Shown: positions 18,543 through 28,333, counted from the first letter of the stretch. The stretch is DNA of 41,773 nucleotides from an uncultured archaeon (GCA_964508365.1 CAZDTP010000035.1:1-41773), one strand, 5' to 3'. Made by a program: numbers and translations. The notes: generated from the sequence alone by a model not told the origin.

Positions 18543-19073
18543 ATGCAAGAGGAAAGAAGAAATAAAGCAAAAGCAGCTAAAGATGAAGTATCAGGCTCGG
18601 AGACTGTATTTGAAAAAATTCAAGTTAGAACACCATGGATTTTTGGCAACACATTCAGAAAACCAAAAATTTTGTTTCCAGATTTAAAAAAGCCCAGAAT
18701 GGGAATTCCTCTTCCAGGTAAATCGATGGCTGTAATAGGAGTTTACATTATTCTGTTCCTTTTACAGACAGGAATAGTTTATCTAATATTTAGAGAAGTT
18801 CCAGCTTTGGGTTCTAATCCACAAGATGGTAGTGCCTTGTTTCTATATCCGGATATAAACGAGTCATTCATAATTGAAGGAGTAGTTGCTTCTATTTTTA
18901 TATTTCTGTGTTCAATTGGCTTTATTTTATTATATCAGGCATCTAAATTCGTATATAATAAGAGCGTAGCAGTTAGATATTTAGCCGTAGGTATTCTAGT
19001 AATATTGGCTTCCTTTTTTACATTACAGGCAATGATAACGATTAAACTAGGTCGAAAATTATTTAATGTGTAA
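18543..19073 (+). CDS. OSTC/DC2-like (OST3/OST6 family) oligosaccharyltransferase subunit homologue
   Basis: P.LKKP..PLP, GIVYLIFREVPALGS, FIIEGVVAS.F.....GFILL, G..V.L.SFF......KL; three TM helices; matches recalled OSTC pattern. Confidence 0.75.
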   Translation: MQEERRNKAKAAKDEVSGSETVFEKIQVRTPWIFGNTFRKPKILFPDLKKPRMGIPLPGKSMAVIGVYIILFLLQTGIVYLIFREVPALGSNPQDGSALFLYPDINESFIIEGVVASIFIFLCSIGFILLYQASKFVYNKSVAVRYLAVGILVILASFFTLQAMITIKLGRKLFNV

Positions 19074-19271
19074 TTAAATCAAATTTACATGTTGCACAAT
19101 CTTTCTATTTATCTAGTTGCGAGAGTTTAAATTAGCAAAGAATTTATGGCTATTTTAATTGTCATTTATTAAAATTCTAAACTTTTGAAAAATTTAAAAT
19201 TCCTCGCTTCTAGTGCGATAAAGAAAAAAAATAAAAATTAGTTAAATTTCTTTTAAGCTTTAAAATTTTAT

Positions 19272-19673
19272 TTAACTTAGGGATGCAATATAGGAATTAT
19301 AAGCGGCTTCATCCAATAAATTTCCTTTCTCAGCACTCCAATTGGAAGCATCAATCTTAAATAGCCAAGCAGTAAACGCATTTTCGTTGATTTTTTCAGG
19401 TTCATCCATTAAATCACTATTTACCGCGCTAACTGTGCCTGATACAGGACAGTAAACATCTCCAACTGCTTTGCTTGATTCCACTGTAGCGTCAATTGGA
19501 TCTGAGGAAGGTTCGTCTCCATCCATTGTTACTTGAGAAAGTTCAGCACCCTCAAGGGCCTCTACATCCACAAACGAAATTTCTCCTAATTGCTCAGCGG
19601 CATAAGGGGTAAGTCCTACTTCACCAGTTGCATCATTATACCATTGATGGGTTTTAGTAAACCAAATTGCCAT
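19272..19673 (-). CDS. gcvH: Glycine cleavage system H protein (lipoyl carrier)
   Basis: TKTHQW, GLTPYAAEQLGEISFV, VESSKAV (lipoyl Lys), PVSGTVSAVN, N..AF..WLFKI. Confidence 0.92.
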   Translation of the reverse strand: MAIWFTKTHQWYNDATGEVGLTPYAAEQLGEISFVDVEALEGAELSQVTMDGDEPSSDPIDATVESSKAVGDVYCPVSGTVSAVNSDLMDEPEKINENAFTAWLFKIDASNWSAEKGNLLDEAAYNSYIASLS

Positions 19674-19807
19674 GTTTTATACAACTCTTTGCTATTAATT
19701 TAATATTTTATATAATACTGAATTTAATAGTATGATAAAGTTAATTATATCATAGATTTAAAATTTATTTATTGAGATATATTTTTTAAAAGTTAATAAC
19801 GATATAT

Positions 19808-20638
19808 ATGAAAAATTCACTTAAGACTCAAATCGAATCTCATATTGAATTTAGAGAGTGGTATCGTAAGATAGTAAATGATTTTAATTTTGATCTTCAA
19901 AAAGATCGAGAAGCAAGAGATTTATTATCTCATATTTTAGAAGAAAAAAAATACTCGTATAAGCTTGAGGACATTTTACTTTCTTTTAAAGAAAATATCC
20001 AAAAAAAAGATTATATCTGTGTTTTTGGTTGTGGTCCTTCATTAGAAGAATCAGTTGATTTTATACTAAGTAATTTAGGAAAAAAATTTTTTAATAACTG
20101 TGTGAATTTAGCTTCTGATGGTGCTGCTCAATTGTTGAATGAGAGAATCATACCGATTGATGGTATTATAACGGATTTAGATGGTATCACTAAAAGAGAT
20201 TTCCTCAAGGCGAAATATGTGATTGTCCATGCACATGGAGACAATATTATTCTTTTAGAGCATTTTAAAAATACAATTATTAACTTCACAAAAATAATCG
20301 GGACAACTCAAGCAGAATCAACTTACAATTTAATTAATCCCGGCGGCTTTACTGATGGAGATAGGATTTTAGCTTTTATACTATCTTTTTTATTGCCTCA
20401 GCAAGAGCTATATTTAATAGGTATGGATTTCGACGATATTGTGGGAAAATATAGTAAACCAAATAATGAAAAGAATTATTTAGCTGATCCAATTAAGTTA
20501 AAAAAATTACAATATGCTTTGCAGATAATCGAGTGGTTAATACCCAAAATAAAAATACCTTTATATTTAATTAACACCAAATCAATTTCAGATAAATTTG
20601 ATTATTTAACACTTGAAGCATTTAAAGAAAGATTTTAA
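19808..20638 (+). CDS. mptE: 6-hydroxymethyl-7,8-dihydropterin pyrophosphokinase (DUF115)
   Basis: FGCGPSL, ASDGA, TDLDG, VHAHGDN, GTTQ, NPGGFTDGDR, GMDF..VGKYSKP. Confidence 0.85.
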   Translation: MKNSLKTQIESHIEFREWYRKIVNDFNFDLQKDREARDLLSHILEEKKYSYKLEDILLSFKENIQKKDYICVFGCGPSLEESVDFILSNLGKKFFNNCVNLASDGAAQLLNERIIPIDGIITDLDGITKRDFLKAKYVIVHAHGDNIILLEHFKNTIINFTKIIGTTQAESTYNLINPGGFTDGDRILAFILSFLLPQQELYLIGMDFDDIVGKYSKPNNEKNYLADPIKLKKLQYALQIIEWLIPKIKIPLYLINTKSISDKFDYLTLEAFKERF

Positions 20639-20642
20639 GAAA

Positions 20643-21440
20643 TTACATTTTATAATCTTCTATTCCCCGTTTAGTAATAGTATATACTACTTTTTTCTCA
20701 GGAAGAAATTGAGAATTTACTAGATGAATATAAATCATGTCCTTTTCCTTATAACTTAAATACAATAATTCTGAGAAAAAGTGATTTAAATATTGTATTC
20801 CAACGGGAAACTCCTTAACTACCGCTTCTTCAATAAAATTTGGAGCTACCTGAGCTGTTAGAATTGTAATTAATTGAAACCGCTGAGTTAGATTGTTTAT
20901 TTTTTCTAAAATTTTTAAGTAAGTGGTTTTTGCTTTTAAGAACGATATTTGTTTATCACTACGCTCAATTCTGAGAAAGTTATTAATAGAGTCGATTATT
21001 AATAATTTTACATTATGGGATTTGATTATAGAATCCAATTCATTAAGTTTTAATAAAAGAGCATTGTTACTCATGATTTTTGACACATATATATTCTTTA
21101 ATGTCTTTTCACTGCTATTTTTATTGGATTCTGCTAACTCTAGAACTCTTTCGGGACGGAATGTGTTTTCTGTATCTAAATAAACAACTTTAAACGATTT
21201 TTCAAACGCCTGTACTGATAAATGATGGCATATCTGAGTTTTCCCTGTCTTATTAGCTCCAAAAACTACATACCCTTTACCTGGAAAGAATCCCCCACCA
21301 ATTGCTTTATTAAAATTCTTGGAACCAGTTGAAATTAGTATTTTTTCATGTTTTGTTCTTTCAATTTCACTAATGATTTTTTTCTTATCAATTATAGTAG
21401 ATTCAAATATCTTTCCCATTATAAGTCGGCCTTTTAACAT
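20643..21440 (-). CDS. RadA/Rad51 paralogue lacking the N-terminal domain (aRadC-like)
   Basis: ISTGSKNFNKAIGGG, Walker A GANKTGKT, YLDTENTFRPERV, Walker B LLIIDS, LTAQV. Confidence 0.85.
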   Translation of the reverse strand: MLKGRLIMGKIFESTIIDKKKIISEIERTKHEKILISTGSKNFNKAIGGGFFPGKGYVVFGANKTGKTQICHHLSVQAFEKSFKVVYLDTENTFRPERVLELAESNKNSSEKTLKNIYVSKIMSNNALLLKLNELDSIIKSHNVKLLIIDSINNFLRIERSDKQISFLKAKTTYLKILEKINNLTQRFQLITILTAQVAPNFIEEAVVKEFPVGIQYLNHFFSELLYLSYKEKDMIYIHLVNSQFLPEKKVVYTITKRGIEDYKM

Positions 21441-21624
21441 TCTCAGCTGATAATTATTTAGAATCTCTAAATAAATAAAAAAAACTTAAATTAGGTAATA
21501 CTTATTTTTATTGATAAAAGATTAAATCGTAAAATTAATTTTTGATTAAATATTGACTATTATTTATATTAATTTTAACATTTGTTTTTATAAAATTAGA
21601 TATTAATTTTTTCGTTCTCTAAAA

Positions 21625-22227
21625 ATGGCAAAAAAAAAGAAAGAAGTATGTCCGTATTGTGGAAACAGTTTTGCGTATCTCAGCCGACATAAGTGCAAAG
21701 TAAAGGAGAGAGTAGAAGGTACGGAAGAGGAAGGAAAATCGGATACTGAACGAAGATTGGAAAGAATAGAGGAAAGGAAAAGAGAAGAGGGTCGTGGTTT
21801 AAAAAAGGATGAACGAATAGTTCTCAATATTATCTCACGAGAAAAAGATATTTATTTTGAGGAACTATTAGAGATAACAAAGAAGGAACGAATCGATCTC
21901 GATGGAATTCTAAATACTTTATCACTTCAATCAAAAATAAAAGTAAATCGAGAGTTAATGGAGGCCTCGTGGACAAAACATATAACCATAAATGAATCTT
22001 ATGATGTAGAAATTAAGGATCGGAAAATTGATAGGAATAAAGCCGATTTCATTTTAGATGTTTTTTCATACCAACCATGTTTAATCTGTCCTTTTACGAA
22101 TAAATGTAATAGTACTAACCTTGATCAATATAATCCAACACATTGCCCTTGGTTATCAAATTGGATAGACACTACTCTGGAAGGGAAGATATATAACATA
22201 AATTTTGAGGAAATTGAAGAGCTGTGA
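21625..22227 (+). CDS. RPC34/TFE-beta-like protein with N-terminal Zn finger
   Basis: C-terminal PCLICPFTNKC-x12-CPWLSNW Fe-S motif; central putative winged helix; N-terminal CPYC-x9-H-x-C. Confidence 0.75.
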   Translation: MAKKKKEVCPYCGNSFAYLSRHKCKVKERVEGTEEEGKSDTERRLERIEERKREEGRGLKKDERIVLNIISREKDIYFEELLEITKKERIDLDGILNTLSLQSKIKVNRELMEASWTKHITINESYDVEIKDRKIDRNKADFILDVFSYQPCLICPFTNKCNSTNLDQYNPTHCPWLSNWIDTTLEGKIYNINFEEIEEL

Positions 22228-22231
22228 AATG

Positions 22232-22870
22232 TTAATACTTCTTCTTTAATCCAATTAAATATATCTCATTACTTTTTTTATTTGATGATTTAGGTTTTAA
22301 GCTTCTCACATCTATAAAATTTTGTTTCATCTTTTTGTAAAAATTCTCGAAATCAGCTCCTTGAAATACTTTTATCAAGAAATTTCCTTTGATTTTGAGG
22401 TTTTCAGTAAGCTCAAGGATGTTGAGACATAGTTTAATCTGCCTTGATTGATCACTAAATTTATTACCTGATTTATTAATACTAGCATCAGAAAGAATGA
22501 GGTCAAGTTTTTCTCCTTCGAAGTATTTACTTACTTCAATAGGAAACTCAGGCGTGGTAAAATCCATTTTAAGGATTTTTATATCTTCAATGGGGGTTAA
22601 TCTCTTGATATCTACGCCCATAATCTTATAATGAACGCGGTGATAATATTTATCCAAATATTTAGTTAGATTTAATTCCGCGAATTTTTTAGCTACTTGT
22701 AACCACGAACCCGGAGCACTACCTAAATCTAAGATATAATACGCTCTTTTAAAAATATTATACCTATTTTGAATGTCCAGTAATTTAAAAGCTGAACGGG
22801 CTCTATATCCTTCACGTTTAGCTTGCATATAAGTGGCATCTTTTTTATGTTCTTCTGCATCTTTTGGCAT
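22232..22870 (-). CDS. rlmE: 23S rRNA Um2552 2'-O-methyltransferase (FtsJ/RrmJ)
   Basis: GYRARSAFKL, LDLGSAPGSW, DLILSD, FLIKVFQG, KPKSSNKKSNEIY. Confidence 0.92.
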   Translation of the reverse strand: MPKDAEEHKKDATYMQAKREGYRARSAFKLLDIQNRYNIFKRAYYILDLGSAPGSWLQVAKKFAELNLTKYLDKYYHRVHYKIMGVDIKRLTPIEDIKILKMDFTTPEFPIEVSKYFEGEKLDLILSDASINKSGNKFSDQSRQIKLCLNILELTENLKIKGNFLIKVFQGADFENFYKKMKQNFIDVRSLKPKSSNKKSNEIYLIGLKKKY

Positions 22871-22880
22871 AGTCTTTATG

Positions 22881-24110
22881 CTAATTTAATTTTTCATTTT
22901 GTTTTAGGACTTTTTTTAATTGATCAATCCTCATGTCTGTTTTAATCGAAACAAAGTCAAAGTGAGTTCTTGAAGCTTTAAAACCTTTTTCCTCAATCAA
23001 TTCTATGATATCTTCTAGTTTTGGCATAATGGGCAGTTTTAGATCCCTAAAAATTTTATGAACATTATAATATGAAATAGGCATATTTATTTCATTAAGT
23101 GCGAATTTAAGGATCTTTTTAATTCTATTTTTATTCTTAAAATTGAATTTCTCATTTAAAAGACTTAACTCTTCTAAATATGATTTTTGATGCAACTCAC
23201 CAACCCATAAAGGTCCAGAATATGATAAATGCTTTTCATTTAAGCATATAGGGCATTTTTGAGGAACTTTTAAGAGATTCTCAATAATGGATGAACGATT
23301 CCCGCAATAATTACAATGAATAATATATCCATAACTTTTTGGTAAATCCTTTAATATCTTTGACTTCCCTCTGAAACTAATTGCAAAGATTCTTATGAAA
23401 TGGTTAGAATAGAAAGTTAGAAGCGGTATTATGCCTAAATTGTTTATATTGGCAATTCTTGAGATAAAAGATATTAATATTCGGGCCCCAATTTCCTTAC
23501 AATAATCTGTGTGAAGCGGTTTAGCCATATATTTTCTAATACAAGCCTTTTGTTTAACTCCAAATAACACTGCTGTATCTGTCGCTGTTATACATAACAA
23601 TCCTTTATCTTTTTTAATTGCTTTAAAGGCAGAATCAATATAAAAGTTTGGAGTGCCAAAAGGATCGATTGAAATAACATCTGGTAAGGCAGAACTTCGA
23701 GAAAATTCTGAAAACAATAGGTTGGCGTCCTTATTTAAAACTACCACTTGAGTAGGGTCAATTTCATTTAATTCTAAATTGTTTTTAATTAGCTCAACTG
23801 CGATAGGATTTATGTCGTTTAAATATATTTTTTCAACATTCTTTGTATTCTTTAACAATCTTATTGAACCAATACCCGAAGCCGCCATTGAATCTACAAC
23901 TACTAACGATTCTTGGTTAATGATTTTACTATATGCTATAATAGCTAAGATTGAAATATCTCTGTTTATCTCCATTCTTTTGTTATAAAAAACATTCATA
24001 GATTTAGAGGGGATAATATCGTTATCTATCTCGTGCAATAAGAATTTCACAGAACCTTCTTGTTTTGTAATGTACTTGTTTTTACCAAAATCTTGATTTT
24101 CAGTTTTCAT
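22881..24110 (-). CDS. trm1: tRNA (guanine26-N2)-dimethyltransferase
   Basis: VFYNKRMEINRD, SGIGSIR, IDPFGTP, GLLCITATD, CNYC/CPIC Zn motif, GPLWVGEL, ASRTHF. Confidence 0.95.
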   Translation of the reverse strand: MKTENQDFGKNKYITKQEGSVKFLLHEIDNDIIPSKSMNVFYNKRMEINRDISILAIIAYSKIINQESLVVVDSMAASGIGSIRLLKNTKNVEKIYLNDINPIAVELIKNNLELNEIDPTQVVVLNKDANLLFSEFSRSSALPDVISIDPFGTPNFYIDSAFKAIKKDKGLLCITATDTAVLFGVKQKACIRKYMAKPLHTDYCKEIGARILISFISRIANINNLGIIPLLTFYSNHFIRIFAISFRGKSKILKDLPKSYGYIIHCNYCGNRSSIIENLLKVPQKCPICLNEKHLSYSGPLWVGELHQKSYLEELSLLNEKFNFKNKNRIKKILKFALNEINMPISYYNVHKIFRDLKLPIMPKLEDIIELIEEKGFKASRTHFDFVSIKTDMRIDQLKKVLKQNEKLN

Positions 24111-24137
24111 ATTGTCTTATATTTATTAACTATTTAA

Positions 24138-25133
24138 TTAGGTTATTGAGAAAAAGAGGGTTACTGGCTTTTCGCTACCTAACAAACCGCCAGAAGTTCT
24201 CGTATGAATCTCATTAACATTATCTACTGTTAAGGGCTCAATACTTTCCATTTTCTTAACCTCATCTGCGTTTTCGGGGCTACCAATAATTAAAAAAACT
24301 CCTTTTAAAGTTTTAATGATAAAAGCTAGAGGAAGCCATTCATAATATATGCGTATTTTAGCTTTTGGTGAAGAAAAATATGAATATATTCCGCCATAAG
24401 TTATTATTGCATGTATATCCCCAACAAAACTTCCGCTGTAGCGATCTTTGAAATTTCGATTAATTAACGCTTGTTCGTAAGCTTTGCATCTATCGGACCA
24501 CTTTGTTGAATCTCCACCAAGGCACCTTATACCTCCTTCCATATTATTAGGTAATTTTTTTAATTCTTGATAAATATAATGATAAAAAGTCATACTATAA
24601 GGGGATGTGTCCAGAATGAATTCTGCAACTTTGCCATTAAGAGCTAAAACTAGGTTAGTGTAAATCCCATAAAGAATATAGAAACTACAAATAATAGCAC
24701 CCATTTCATTATATATTCCCACTATCGTCCCTACGGTTCTATTAACTCTAACATTAGATGACCCGTCTACGGGATCTATTGTAATTCCAAACTTTCCACT
24801 ACCTAGAACAGGTTCAGCTTCTTCAGAAGCAACAAATAGAAATTTAACATCGCTTTCTTGAAGTGCTTTTAGGATAATGCTATGAGTTAATACATCCTCA
24901 TGAATTTGGGATTCTCCATAAAGATTGATAGTCTGCTTTTCTACACTTTCAATTTCCATTCTTTGTTCGATTTCGCGTGAAGTTATTCCCCTTTCTAACA
25001 ACCCCCTTATGGGAATCGTTGCTTCAGCAATTGTTTCAATAATCTCAATTAATTCATCTCTATCTGAAGAAGAATGTGGAATATCATTATCCAACCATTT
25101 TGATAATTTTATATTTTCTTTTCTCTCGCTCAT
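24138..25133 (-). CDS. fbp: Fructose-1,6-bisphosphatase class I
   Basis: VASEE, IDPVDGSSN, VGTIVGIY, RYSGSFVGDIH, K.R..YE..PLAFI. Confidence 0.85.
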   Translation of the reverse strand: MSERKENIKLSKWLDNDIPHSSSDRDELIEIIETIAEATIPIRGLLERGITSREIEQRMEIESVEKQTINLYGESQIHEDVLTHSIILKALQESDVKFLFVASEEAEPVLGSGKFGITIDPVDGSSNVRVNRTVGTIVGIYNEMGAIICSFYILYGIYTNLVLALNGKVAEFILDTSPYSMTFYHYIYQELKKLPNNMEGGIRCLGGDSTKWSDRCKAYEQALINRNFKDRYSGSFVGDIHAIITYGGIYSYFSSPKAKIRIYYEWLPLAFIIKTLKGVFLIIGSPENADEVKKMESIEPLTVDNVNEIHTRTSGGLLGSEKPVTLFFSIT

Positions 25134-25214
25134 TAAAACAACTCATTTGGTGTTTCTATATATTAGTTCTCGAATTAAAATAATGAGCTATAATTGAAAA
25201 TCTTTTATATTTTT

Positions 25215-25907
25215 TTATTCAAAACCGCGTTTAGTTAACATGGAATTTAGCAGAAATGAGATATTATCATTTCCCCTATGTAAAATTAACCTTCGGTTGT
25301 TTGCTACATCTGTTCGTTCGATTTTGATAGAATTAGTCACCCAATATTGCATTACATTACCCCCGCTTTCCACCTCGAAATTTTGCCCCTCTTGAGTTCT
25401 TCTACTAATTTCATTTACTATCAAGATACCAATCTCATATTTTTGTTTTAAATTAACCAAATTAGCTAACAATTGATTTAGTCTATAATTCAGAATAAAG
25501 TTTTTTCCTTTTTTCTCACGATTTAATTCTAACCGATATAAATCTGTCATAGAATCTATAATTATTAAATTAAATGTCCCATTTTTAGTTTTTAAATCAT
25601 TTAGAACGATAAATTCCAAATTAAAAATAAAATTGATTATATCGTCAAAATTCGTGGTATGAATAAATAAAATATTTTCTAATACATCCTCTAAATTGTT
25701 TTCAAACACAGCACTAATTTTTTTAAATGGAAGATTTGGTTTTGTGCATATATAAAGCACTTTTCTTTTATTTAACGCATATATATTAGCTGTTTGAAGT
25801 GATAATGTAGTTTTCCCAACACCAAAGTCGCCCCATAATGAATTTATTCCCTCTTTGGCATCAGTAGATTTAAAGAACTCATTTACTTTAGTTAGGGGAA
25901 ATTTCAT
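25215..25907 (-). CDS. radB: RadB-like recombination mediator
   Basis: Walker A GDFGVGKT, Walker B LIIIDS, GGNVMQYW, C-terminal RRLILHR resembling a degenerate KHR motif. Confidence 0.7.
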   Translation of the reverse strand: MKFPLTKVNEFFKSTDAKEGINSLWGDFGVGKTTLSLQTANIYALNKRKVLYICTKPNLPFKKISAVFENNLEDVLENILFIHTTNFDDIINFIFNLEFIVLNDLKTKNGTFNLIIIDSMTDLYRLELNREKKGKNFILNYRLNQLLANLVNLKQKYEIGILIVNEISRRTQEGQNFEVESGGNVMQYWVTNSIKIERTDVANNRRLILHRGNDNISFLLNSMLTKRGFE

Positions 25908-25949
25908 AATTAGAAATTTTTAATTGTTTCTATAATTTATATAATTAAT
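25908..25949. promoter_or_regulatory. Compact bidirectional promoter candidate
   Basis: 42-nt spacer between divergent starts; TATATAAA on minus about 30 nt before 25907 and GAAA-TTTTTAA on plus about 30 nt before 25950. Confidence 0.45.
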
Positions 25950-26801
25950 TTGAGAAATCAACCTTTATATATCTTAACAGAGGATTTGAATTTTTTTTAT
26001 TTATTAAAGAGGGCGTTAGATAAGTATAAAATTCATTTTCAAATCTTAAATTTAGATTCTAAAATTCCCGATATTCCGTCAATCATCCTTACAACTTCCA
26101 ATGAATATAAAAAATGTGGAGATAAAAATCGTGCTATTTGTCTTGTATATTCAAAAAATATTGATTTTGATAAATATTTCTTACATGTAATTGCTGCTGT
26201 AAGAATTGGGTATAAGGAGTATTATTCCACTTTAACTTTTTCTATCGATCCCGGTAAAAAGTTAGGCTTAATGGTTTTTTTAGATGATTATTATTTAGAT
26301 TCATACTGCTGTTTTGAAAAGCGTAATTTCTTTGCGATTATTCAAAAATTTATAGACACATTTGAGGAAGATATAACAACATTGATGAAATTAAACTTCA
26401 AATTAGGACGAGGAGTTCTTGACATTACTTATAATTTAGTAAAGCAAATTTACTTTATGTTTCGGAATCGGAATGATCTTGGAGTATGCTTGATTGATGA
26501 GTTTAAATCGTCGCAATTTAGGTTATCAAGAAATATAGTTGGTAAAAAGTATACAAAGGATGAGATTTCTGCTTTGATATTAGCGTTTAGATTAGGAATC
26601 GATGTTAGATTTGATAATTATGAAGATATTTTTGAGCAGATAAGGATGAAAAAAAAATTTATTGGAAAAACTGAAACCGAGAAATCTGAAAATCAAGATG
26701 AACCCTTATTATCATTAAAGGATGCAGTAGAAAAAGTTTTAACTGGAAAAATAACTCTCAGTAATGCAATCGAAATCATAAACTCTAATAAAATAAAATA
26801 A
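25950..26801 (+). CDS. Conserved archaeal protein with YqgF/RNase H-like domain
   Basis: TTG start; SIDPGKKLGLMV (DPG motif), later LIDE and D...A..LA. Confidence 0.55.
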   Translation: MRNQPLYILTEDLNFFYLLKRALDKYKIHFQILNLDSKIPDIPSIILTTSNEYKKCGDKNRAICLVYSKNIDFDKYFLHVIAAVRIGYKEYYSTLTFSIDPGKKLGLMVFLDDYYLDSYCCFEKRNFFAIIQKFIDTFEEDITTLMKLNFKLGRGVLDITYNLVKQIYFMFRNRNDLGVCLIDEFKSSQFRLSRNIVGKKYTKDEISALILAFRLGIDVRFDNYEDIFEQIRMKKKFIGKTETEKSENQDEPLLSLKDAVEKVLTGKITLSNAIEIINSNKIK

Positions 26802-26933
26802 AATTTATCTTTTTTACAATTTTACATTAATAAAATCGATATAACAAGACATATTTTTCGCAGAAATGTAAAAATATATTTCTTTGATCAGAATTCTTTT
26901 TATATTCATTTCGTTTTAGGAATATTCAAAATT

Positions 26934-28031
26934 ATGACAAGGCTTAAAAGTATTGATATCTTCAGAGGGATTTGCATATTCTATATGACTTTTGGGCATA
27001 TGGTTAATTGGTGGATTTCTCAAGGAGATTTCTGGTTGTATGAGATTATTTGGCATTATGGTGCTCCAGTAGGAGGCGGTGGATTTTTATTAGTTTCAGG
27101 TATGAGCGCTTCATTGTCCTTTAAGAGAAATCAGTTGAAAGCTCAAGATTCTCAAGAATTTAACATGAAACGAGCTAGAAATATTTATATGTTAAGATGT
27201 TTGCTCATCTTCTTAATTTCTTTATTATGGAATTTCATCGGTACACTTTTTATGGGGCTTTCAGGAATATGGTTATGGTTTGTTATACAAACAATTTCAG
27301 TATCTTTGTTTATGGCTTGGCCGTTTTTAAAAACATCCAGAATTTTTAGAGTGTCCATGTGTTTTGTATTTTGGATTGGTAACGAATTTGTATTCTATTG
27401 GTTGACTCCATACAGTAATACACAAAACATATTAGGATATCTTTTCTATTTTCTTTACAATTCTCCCGATCAAAATGTCATTTTGGGTTATTTTCCTTTT
27501 CTTCTTTTAGGAACCGTATTCGGTGATATTTTCTTTGAATCTAATTATATTGACAATCTAATCGAAAGAAGATTGTTCTTAAAGAAAAAAATTGTTAGAA
27601 ATGGTCTATTATTTGGAGTACTTCTAATAATATTTGGAATACTATACAATTTTCCTGATTTCTCGAATAAATCAACCTTTGCTTCACATATGTTTGTCGT
27701 TGGGATTCAACTTATATTAATGGCATTTTTGGTTTATATTAAAGAGATTAGGGTAATAAGTTTCCAAAAAAGGTATAGATTCTTTGAAATTTATTCTTTT
27801 TATTCTTTTACTATATTCCTTGCTCATCAGCTTCTTTACTTCCTATTTCCACCTATTTTTAGTATTATTAACATTTGGTTTGTAATTATCCCCATTTTAA
27901 TTGCGTGGACTTTTCTATTTCGATTTATTTACAAAAAATGGGATAAATATGCTTCAATTAAATTTCTAATTAATAAAATAGCTGTTGATTTAGCAGATAG
28001 AATTGAAATTATTAAAGTAGGGAGGCAATAA
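26934..28031 (+). CDS. Membrane acyltransferase, HGSNAT/DUF1624 family (paralogue 1)
   Basis: RLKSIDIFRG, His in first TM, multiple TM segments. Confidence 0.75.
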   Translation: MTRLKSIDIFRGICIFYMTFGHMVNWWISQGDFWLYEIIWHYGAPVGGGGFLLVSGMSASLSFKRNQLKAQDSQEFNMKRARNIYMLRCLLIFLISLLWNFIGTLFMGLSGIWLWFVIQTISVSLFMAWPFLKTSRIFRVSMCFVFWIGNEFVFYWLTPYSNTQNILGYLFYFLYNSPDQNVILGYFPFLLLGTVFGDIFFESNYIDNLIERRLFLKKKIVRNGLLFGVLLIIFGILYNFPDFSNKSTFASHMFVVGIQLILMAFLVYIKEIRVISFQKRYRFFEIYSFYSFTIFLAHQLLYFLFPPIFSIINIWFVIIPILIAWTFLFRFIYKKWDKYASIKFLINKIAVDLADRIEIIKVGRQ

Positions 28032-28333
28032 CATTTAACTTTTTAATCTTTATTATAGATAAATTATAGCTTAAGCAGCTTCCGTGGTTCTGGCTTTCTT
28101 TTTTTTTTAGAGAATTAGAAAATAGTAATAGCTAGTAAAAGTGTCAATCAAACTTTTATATAAAATGTTAAATTTTAATCTTTAATTCCAAAATCCCAGG
28201 TTTGGATTAAGGGAGGTAATGTTCGAATAAAAACTAGGTTTAATAATATATAATTTTCATCTGCGTAGTATGATTTGGAAATCGTAGAATATTATATATT
28301 GCCAAAAATTCCTAAATAATCGTTATCAGAATA

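Noticed and set aside
28163-28190. Imperfect inverted repeat between the two acyltransferase genes
   Set aside because: Short, imperfect and AT-rich; expected by chance
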